DNA of 64,000 nucleotides from Candidatus Poseidoniaceae archaeon (lineage in GTDB: Archaea; Thermoplasmatota; Poseidoniia; Poseidoniales; Poseidoniaceae), in the NCBI GenBank assembly GCA_028821785.1, contig JAPKFC010000002.1:2929-66928 (forward strand). The letters run 5' to 3'. Under the pieces are notes generated by a model. That model was not told where the DNA came from. It did no database searches and saw nothing but the letters and a program-made list of their open reading frames with translations. Of the stretch, positions 59,557 through 64,000 are shown piece by piece. Numbering within the stretch: the first letter of the stretch is position 1; each line of letters opens with the position of its first letter. Position numbers and translations under genes: made by a program.

Positions 59557-60168
59557 GTGGCAACAGAGCAGTTGCCAATTTTGTATTCTTTTAGGCGTTG
59601 TCCTTATGCGATGAGAGCCCGTATGGCAATTGTTAGACAAGGCTTCAAAGTTGAGCATAGAGAAGTAATTCTTCGCGACAGACCTGAACATATGATGCAA
59701 ATTTCCCCAAAAGGTACAGTGCCTATTTTGTTATTGCCGGATGGAACAATCATTGAGGAAAGTCTTGAGATTATGCAACATGTTCGCGATTGGCAATTAA
59801 GTGAAGAAGAATCAATTTGGATTGAAAGAAATGATTTTGAATTCAAGCACCACTTGGACCGTTACAAATATCCTAATCGCTATGATGATATTGATGTCAT
59901 AGAGCAAAGAAATGCAGCAGTAACCTATCTTGACGATTTAGATGCAAATCTTCAGGAACTTGAACAAAATGCAAATTTAAACGATTCATTATTCCCATTT
60001 GTACGTCAATTTGCTAACCATGATAGAGAATGGTTTGATATTCAACCTTGGACAAATATTCATAGTTGGTTAGCTAAGAACCTTGCTAGCGAAGAGTTCA
60101 AAATTTGTATGAACAAAAACAAGCAATGGTTTGAGGGAGATTCCCCAATTGAATTCCCTGCGCAATAA
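59557..60168 (+). CDS. glutathione S-transferase family protein
   Basis: LYSFRRCPYAMRAR, SPKGTVP, EESLEIM, FKHHLDRYKY, FPFVRQFA. Confidence 0.88.
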   Translation: MATEQLPILYSFRRCPYAMRARMAIVRQGFKVEHREVILRDRPEHMMQISPKGTVPILLLPDGTIIEESLEIMQHVRDWQLSEEESIWIERNDFEFKHHLDRYKYPNRYDDIDVIEQRNAAVTYLDDLDANLQELEQNANLNDSLFPFVRQFANHDREWFDIQPWTNIHSWLAKNLASEEFKICMNKNKQWFEGDSPIEFPAQ

Positions 60169-61170
60169 TCAGTTGATAACCGTCAAATGCTTGACAGATG
60201 GTGCAATCCCCAAATCATCCGGGAAGAACTTGGTCGCTACAGGAATTTGCATTGGTGACATTTCAGTGCCAACCAAAGCAACTCGACTAGGTTTTGAATC
60301 GGAGAGAACCTTTCTTCCTGTCAATGGGGCGATTTTATTGCTGAAATTCATGATGTCTTCATGGCTTGGCATATTCTCAGCGGCCAAGTTCTCTCTACTA
60401 TGTCCAACGTAGACATAGCCCTTGTTTTCAATGAAATCTGGGTCGGCCCGCAAATCTAATTTTGCAAACTCTTCAATATTTTTATCAGACATGTTGATTC
60501 CTTTCATCAATGTATGACGGCAAACGATTCTAGTATCTAATGACGGCAATAGGTCGATGGTTTCCTCGAATTTATCCCATGCATTTGTATTCCATTTTGG
60601 CTTACATACAGCATCAAAAATTTCCTTATTTGGAGCATCTACTGAAACATATAGCTGAGTCGGTAAAACGTCGAGATTTTCGATCACTTTAGGTAGGGTT
60701 CCATTGGTCACCAACATCGTTGTCATTCCGTGCTCGTGACATAATTCCATATATTCACTTAGACGCGTGTATAGAGTAGGTTCTCCATTTAGAGAGATAG
60801 CAACGTGCTTTGGATTTTGAGCAGATAACCATCTTTCCTTTGGAACCTTATCATTCCCCTTGAATCCAGACAATAATCGTCGTTGTGCACGTACTGATTC
60901 ATACAGCATGTCAAGTGGGTCCTGGTCAGATAGTTCTAGCGAATCCATATGAGGTTCTCTCCAGCAGTAAGTGCAAGCGAGATTACATTGGTCTACCACC
61001 GGTGACATTTGCATGCAACTGTGGCTTGCTACACCGTAAAATTTGCCTTTGTAGCATTGACGGTCTCTAAGTAGTGACTCTTTGGTCCAGTGGCATATTT
61101 TGACACCACCATGCTCTCCAACAATGTGGTAACGTTGTTTCTGTAACTTTGCTTTGAGTGCTAAATCCAT
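60169..61170 (-). CDS. taw1: 4-demethylwyosine synthase (radical SAM, TYW1/Taw1)
   Basis: VKICHWTK, CYKGKFYG, CNLACTYCWR, HVAISLNGEPT, LVTNG. Confidence 0.95.
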   Translation of the reverse strand: MDLALKAKLQKQRYHIVGEHGGVKICHWTKESLLRDRQCYKGKFYGVASHSCMQMSPVVDQCNLACTYCWREPHMDSLELSDQDPLDMLYESVRAQRRLLSGFKGNDKVPKERWLSAQNPKHVAISLNGEPTLYTRLSEYMELCHEHGMTTMLVTNGTLPKVIENLDVLPTQLYVSVDAPNKEIFDAVCKPKWNTNAWDKFEETIDLLPSLDTRIVCRHTLMKGINMSDKNIEEFAKLDLRADPDFIENKGYVYVGHSRENLAAENMPSHEDIMNFSNKIAPLTGRKVLSDSKPSRVALVGTEMSPMQIPVATKFFPDDLGIAPSVKHLTVIN

Positions 61171-61296
61171 CGGTTTCACTTCCTCAGCCGAATTTCCACT
61201 GTCGAGAAGCAAATGCGACTCTGTTAGGAACTGGCTCGGATAACCGATGCTAATACTAACCCCGTTTCAACTTCGCGATTAGTGCAAATGTCACAA

Positions 61297-63387
61297 TCAC
61301 TTATTTATCATCGGTAAAAACGCATTTGCAGCCTTTTCAGCGGCATTTGCAACATCGTCTAAGCGCTGTAGGATTCTGTACATATGCATAGCCGCTAATG
61401 GCTTATCATCACCTTCAGAGAATACATAGGCAGCAGCAATACTCTCGCGTTCATCAGCACCATGTTCAAGAAGATTAACCTGCATAATTAAATCATTGAG
61501 AACAACCTTTTGCTTCGGAGCAAACCCAGATTGAGTCAAGAAATTTAGTTGGTCCACAGTTTCAGAATACTTCTGAACTGTCAAGTGGACTGCTTCTGCC
61601 ATCGCCTTCAAATTCTCTCTTGCTTTGTCATCGACCATCAATTCTCTAAATGAAATCTGTTCAGCAACATTTTGAGCATAATCAGCAATTCTATCTTGGC
61701 GTGAAAGCATATGCAAGAATGTATCTCGTCCGATTGCAACCCTTACCCCTGTGCCTACGCGATTACGCAGATCTGTTTTGATATTATCAGCGTCTAATTC
61801 GGCAGCAATTGTTGCAGTAATGTGCTTGCTAGCATCCTTTCCTTGAGATGCAACAGTAACGGCGGTTAGCATATGCTCAACAGTCTTCTCAACAGCCTTT
61901 GCATGCTCATAGAACATATCAAACGGTGTTGAATCAAGGGTTTCATAAGGTGTTCCGGTTAAGACATCCTTACTCTCCTGTTCTTTGTCAGGACGCATTA
62001 CAATGGCTAGAGTTATTGCGATTGCAGACAATGTCACTATTGCAACATTGATTGGGCTACCAGCGAATAGGATTACGAAAAGAACAGCACCAGCAGCAGA
62101 GATTGGTAGACTTGCTACCCAACTAGCAGCAATCTTTCCAAATACTCTGAAATCGACAGCACCTGCACCACCTGCAAGTCCAACTCCAACCACAGCACCG
62201 ACTAAAGTGTGGGTTGTTGAAATCGGAACAGCCAGGAATGGCATTGAGAAAATTAGCACTGTTGTTGCAGCACCAAATTCAGCAGCAAAACCCCTTGAAG
62301 GAGTAATATGAGTAATTTTCTTGCCGATAGTATCCATTACTTTGTAGCCCCATGTTGCCACACCGACTGTGATTCCAATACCACCTATTAGCAAAAGGAA
62401 TAGAGGTACTCCAACGTCTCCATCGGACAATATGCCTGTTGAAGAAGTTGCAATATCATAAATCGCTGCCATCGGTCCAATTGCATTCGCAACATCATTT
62501 GCACCGTGTGCGAATGCAACATAACATGCAGTGATTATCTGTAGCCAAATGAAGACGCGTTCAACCCCCTCCATTCCTTCTTCTTTGAATTGATAACGCC
62601 TTAGTACACCCCAGAGGATGAAACTTGCTAACATTCCGATCGCCAGAGCAACTGCTAGACTGTTAATTGGAATCCATGCTCCATCTGCGAATGGATTGAA
62701 AGTGGTACCTTCCTTTGCTGGTAACCAAGTCTCTTTGTTAATGTAGCCAGCATTGTCAAGGTTTGAATAAAATCCTTTCAGTGCTTTGAATTGGAATGCG
62801 AGGCCCAAAACAAAAAATGTAGGTAAAGCAAGAATTGGTGCTAACTTTTTGGTTTGTGAAAATGGGTCTTCACTATTGAAGATTAGTCGCTTGATTACAA
62901 AGAATGAAACGAAAGCAAGAATTCCTCCCAATAATGGTGAAGCAACCCAACTCAATACAATTTCTATTACCTTATCCCAGTTTACAGAAGAAGGTTGGAT
63001 GTATAATCCCATTCCGATTACGCCACCTACAATACTGTGTGTGGTTGAAACAGGCATACCAAATCTTGTTGCGATTGTTAGCCAAATAGCAGCAGCTAAT
63101 AACGCAGCCATAAATCCATACATCAATTTCTGGCTCAACTCCTCTGTAAAACCAGCGTCACCAAAATCAAGAACTCCCTTTCTGATCGTTTCAGTTACGT
63201 GACTTCCAAAGAAAACGGCACCAGTGAATTCGAATACTGCGGCAACGATAATCGCACGACGCAGAGTCAATGCGCCCGAACCAACCGAAGTTCCCATTGC
63301 ATTTGCGACATCGTTTGCACCGATGTTCCAGGCCATATACGCACAGACCACAAAAGCAGTTCCGAGTAGTATGGTGGTTGGTTCCAT
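61297..63387 (-). CDS. PiT/PHO4 inorganic phosphate transporter fused to a C-terminal DUF47 (PhoU-like) domain
   Basis: Two GANDVANA signatures and PVSTTH/PISTTH; C-terminal helical domain with ELDAD, QDRIAD, EHGAD, LDDVAN. Confidence 0.9.
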   Translation of the reverse strand: MEPTTILLGTAFVVCAYMAWNIGANDVANAMGTSVGSGALTLRRAIIVAAVFEFTGAVFFGSHVTETIRKGVLDFGDAGFTEELSQKLMYGFMAALLAAAIWLTIATRFGMPVSTTHSIVGGVIGMGLYIQPSSVNWDKVIEIVLSWVASPLLGGILAFVSFFVIKRLIFNSEDPFSQTKKLAPILALPTFFVLGLAFQFKALKGFYSNLDNAGYINKETWLPAKEGTTFNPFADGAWIPINSLAVALAIGMLASFILWGVLRRYQFKEEGMEGVERVFIWLQIITACYVAFAHGANDVANAIGPMAAIYDIATSSTGILSDGDVGVPLFLLLIGGIGITVGVATWGYKVMDTIGKKITHITPSRGFAAEFGAATTVLIFSMPFLAVPISTTHTLVGAVVGVGLAGGAGAVDFRVFGKIAASWVASLPISAAGAVLFVILFAGSPINVAIVTLSAIAITLAIVMRPDKEQESKDVLTGTPYETLDSTPFDMFYEHAKAVEKTVEHMLTAVTVASQGKDASKHITATIAAELDADNIKTDLRNRVGTGVRVAIGRDTFLHMLSRQDRIADYAQNVAEQISFRELMVDDKARENLKAMAEAVHLTVQKYSETVDQLNFLTQSGFAPKQKVVLNDLIMQVNLLEHGADERESIAAAYVFSEGDDKPLAAMHMYRILQRLDDVANAAEKAANAFLPMINK

Positions 63388-63409
63388 GTGTCACTCTAGT
63401 TGCTATCGG

Positions 63410-63452
63410 TATATATTGAACAGTATAGGTAATCTATATAGGTCAATATATA
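63410..63452. promoter_or_regulatory. palindromic operator between divergent pit and phoU-like genes
   Basis: Perfect 10-bp inverted repeat TATATATTGA...TCAATATATA around an inner TATAG-N5-CTATA. Confidence 0.6.
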
Positions 63453-63463
63453 TTGGTAAGTTT

Positions 63464-64000
63464 ATGGCTGAAGGTGCAGGTGGTTATGAGGTTCGCAAAG
63501 TACAACTCACGGGCGGGGCAACTTATACCATCAGCCTTCCAAAAGCATGGGTTGTTGAGAACGCTGTCAATGCCAAAGATTCCCTTAGAATAGATTGGAG
63601 GCCGAGTGGTGCTTTGAGAATCACTCCCCTCGACATGGCTGAAAACAAGTATCAGAGAGTGGTATTGAGTTGTAAAGAAATCCACATTGGAAGTTTACAC
63701 GATCATTTAATGGGCGCATATATCTCGGGGGCTGATGAAATAATCATTACCGCCTTTCAAAATAATGACAAAAAGCACCAGGCCGAAATACGACGCTTTT
63801 TGAAAAACACACGAGGCTTTGAGATAATAGACGAAGAAGACGGTACAATGCGAATGGTTTGTTTAATGAATAGTGGAGAAATGCCATTGTATGCAAGTTT
63901 GAATAGAATGTATTCACAACTGGTTTCATTGATGAGAGATATCCTGGCGGTTTTCGATGGAGAGGATCTCGAACTGATTGAAGATGTAGCAGAACGTGAA
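63464..64000 (+). CDS. phoU: archaeal phosphate uptake regulator (AbrB N-terminal domain + PhoU), truncated by the window end
   Basis: Not in the ORF track; translates as MAEGAGGYEVRKVQLTGGATYTISLPKAWV...LMGAYISGADEIII..., the typical archaeal AbrB-PhoU N-terminus; frame open to the end. Confidence 0.9.
   Translation, partial: MAEGAGGYEVRKVQLTGGATYTISLPKAWVVENAVNAKDSLRIDWRPSGALRITPLDMAENKYQRVVLSCKEIHIGSLHDHLMGAYISGADEIIITAFQNNDKKHQAEIRRFLKNTRGFEIIDEEDGTMRMVCLMNSGEMPLYASLNRMYSQLVSLMRDILAVFDGEDLELIEDVAERE

Noticed and set aside
63443-63929. Minus-strand ORFs of 80 aa and 60 aa at the right edge
   Set aside because: Antisense to the recognisable AbrB-PhoU gene starting at 63464

Overview
Gene-dense archaeal chromosome segment, most consistent with a Marine Group II euryarchaeote (Ca. 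Poseidoniales, Thermoplasmatota). This is an inference from the archaeal informational genes (rpl15e, rps2, aIF-1A, Rio1, Dim2/Pno1, Taw1, intron-containing tRNA-Tyr), the 11-subunit complex I-like operon without nuoEFG, and the very large Ig-like/CARDB/PKD surface proteins including an S8 protease. No CRISPR array, integrase or transposase is visible. Elements missing from the ORF track: tRNA-Tyr(GTA) with a BHB intron; a 62-nt tRNA-Tyr-like minihelix ending in ACCA directly behind it; a complete box C/D guide sRNA predicted to methylate C34 of a CAU-anticodon pre-tRNA; and a truncated PhoU/AbrB regulator at the right edge, with a palindromic operator shared with a PiT-DUF47 fusion gene. Unusual proteins: a stand-alone E1(ThiF)-JAB-small protein operon with no ubiquitin-like gene, a Cas4-like Fe-S nuclease split by four transmembrane helices, a surface subtilisin with a cytoplasmic C4HC3 RING/PHD-like finger, NuoI with a Tudor/SH3-like insert, and aIF-1A with a long acidic tail. 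All calls come from reading motifs by eye; no database searches were run.
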